Below, piece by piece: positions 31,252 to 32,000 of a stretch of DNA of 32,000 nucleotides (its first letter is position 1; the number at the start of each line of letters is the position of its first letter). The stretch spans positions 270,001 through 302,000 of the forward strand of contig NZ_AP012549.1 in assembly GCF_000829235.1 (NCBI RefSeq), read 5' to 3'. The stretch is from a cyanobacterium endosymbiont of Epithemia turgida isolate EtSB Lake Yunoko (GTDB taxonomy: Bacteria; Cyanobacteriota; Cyanobacteriia; Cyanobacteriales; Microcystaceae). The notes under the pieces were generated by a model. It did not search any database, was not told where the DNA came from, and worked only from the letters and a program-made list of their open reading frames with translations. The position numbers were made by a program, and so were the translations under genes.

Positions 31252-32000
31252 ATGAAAAAATTGAACTTAATCCTAAGACTTACAACTTTAGCAAGTGTTA
31301 TTTTTCCAAGTCTGATGTCTTCTAATATCTCTGTTCAAGCTTCAACTTTTGAAGAACAAGCTGTGCAACAAAATAACGTTGTTGCGATTGCGAGACCTTA
31401 TGGACAGGGCAAATATGACTTGTTAATTATTGAACAAATTCCGGACAAACAGGCTTGTTGGACTGAAAGTGGCTCTAATCCTATTTTAGTGGAGCCTCTA
31501 TTATTAAATTTTGACTTTGTGGGAATTTGTCGCCGCGCTACCGATAGTAATGGCTACTCTATTCGGGTCGACGGAAACGACTTAGGATTAGATTACCTCT
31601 TGCGTTTAGTTCCCCGTGATGAGGAGTTAGTACTAGTAGGAACCCCAAGAGGTGGTAATCATCAAGAAATAGTTGTCGGTAGCACCAAAGGACTTGCTTC
31701 TGGGTTTATGAAAATAATTCTAAATCCTGGATGGCAATTTTCTAAACGATCTTATCAAGGAAAAGTGTTAGGGCACTTTTATTTAAGCACATCTCAAGCA
31801 GCAATAACTGGAGAAGTAGAAGCAACTGAAATCGCAATTAATCCTAAACAAAGAGCAACTTCAATGGCAAATACCAACCAGGAAAGTGTCTTTACAGACA
31901 TTGACGATAATGTCTATAAGCCAGAGGTTGAACAAGCTGCAGCCATTAAAATTGTAACTGCTTTTGAAGATAATACCTTCCGTCCTCGAGAAGCCATTAC
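31252..32000 (+). CDS. Secreted envelope protein, DUF3747-like N-domain followed by an S-layer-homology (SLH)-like motif. Partial: it runs off the right edge of the window.
   Basis: This ORF is absent from the ORF track because it has no stop within the window. The ATG at 31252 is followed by a signal peptide (MKKLNLILRLTTLASVIFPSLMSSNISVQA), a conserved-looking CWTESG...GYSIRVDG core, and then FTDIDDNVYKPEVEQAAAIKIVTAFEDNTFRP, which is SLH-like. Confidence 0.7.
   Translation, partial: MKKLNLILRLTTLASVIFPSLMSSNISVQASTFEEQAVQQNNVVAIARPYGQGKYDLLIIEQIPDKQACWTESGSNPILVEPLLLNFDFVGICRRATDSNGYSIRVDGNDLGLDYLLRLVPRDEELVLVGTPRGGNHQEIVVGSTKGLASGFMKIILNPGWQFSKRSYQGKVLGHFYLSTSQAAITGEVEATEIAINPKQRATSMANTNQESVFTDIDDNVYKPEVEQAAAIKIVTAFEDNTFRPREAI

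Overview
The window looks like chromosomal DNA from an AT-rich cyanobacterium whose genome is eroding. About 20 conserved housekeeping genes look intact. They are aspS (3' part), a GapN-like aldehyde dehydrogenase, leuB, a GH13 alpha-glucosidase, ktrB-ktrA, a SpoIID/LytB-domain protein, rpoZ, a DUF1818-like protein, a ThrC-like enzyme followed by a CysO/MoaD-like sulfur carrier, an LpxB-related protein, cysC, tkt, tRNA-Asn, a GT2-GtrA glycosyltransferase, a DUF255 thioredoxin-domain protein, and a partial SLH-containing envelope protein. They are separated by unusually long (0.4-1.5 kb), very AT-rich spacers with no intact ORFs. By my own coordinates only about 60-65% of the window codes for protein. 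Two spacers hold recognisable gene corpses: a truncated, multiply disrupted sdhA (succinate dehydrogenase/fumarate reductase flavoprotein) and a badly decayed Wzx-type polysaccharide flippase. I found no CRISPR array, transposase or IS element, prophage, rRNA or obvious defence island. I also see no clear-cut novel multigene system. The most interesting functional candidate is the ThrC-like + CysO-like pair, which may be a protein-thiocarboxylate-dependent homocysteine (MetM/MetO-type) route. The other notable signals are the gene-decay pattern itself, long perfect palindromes at gene ends, and a stem-loop-rich island upstream of the glucosidase. My guess that the source is a host-restricted symbiont or organelle-like cyanobacterium (for example a diatom spheroid body, Richelia or a UCYN-A-like lineage) is inference only. 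All homology calls rest on remembered motifs, not on searches.
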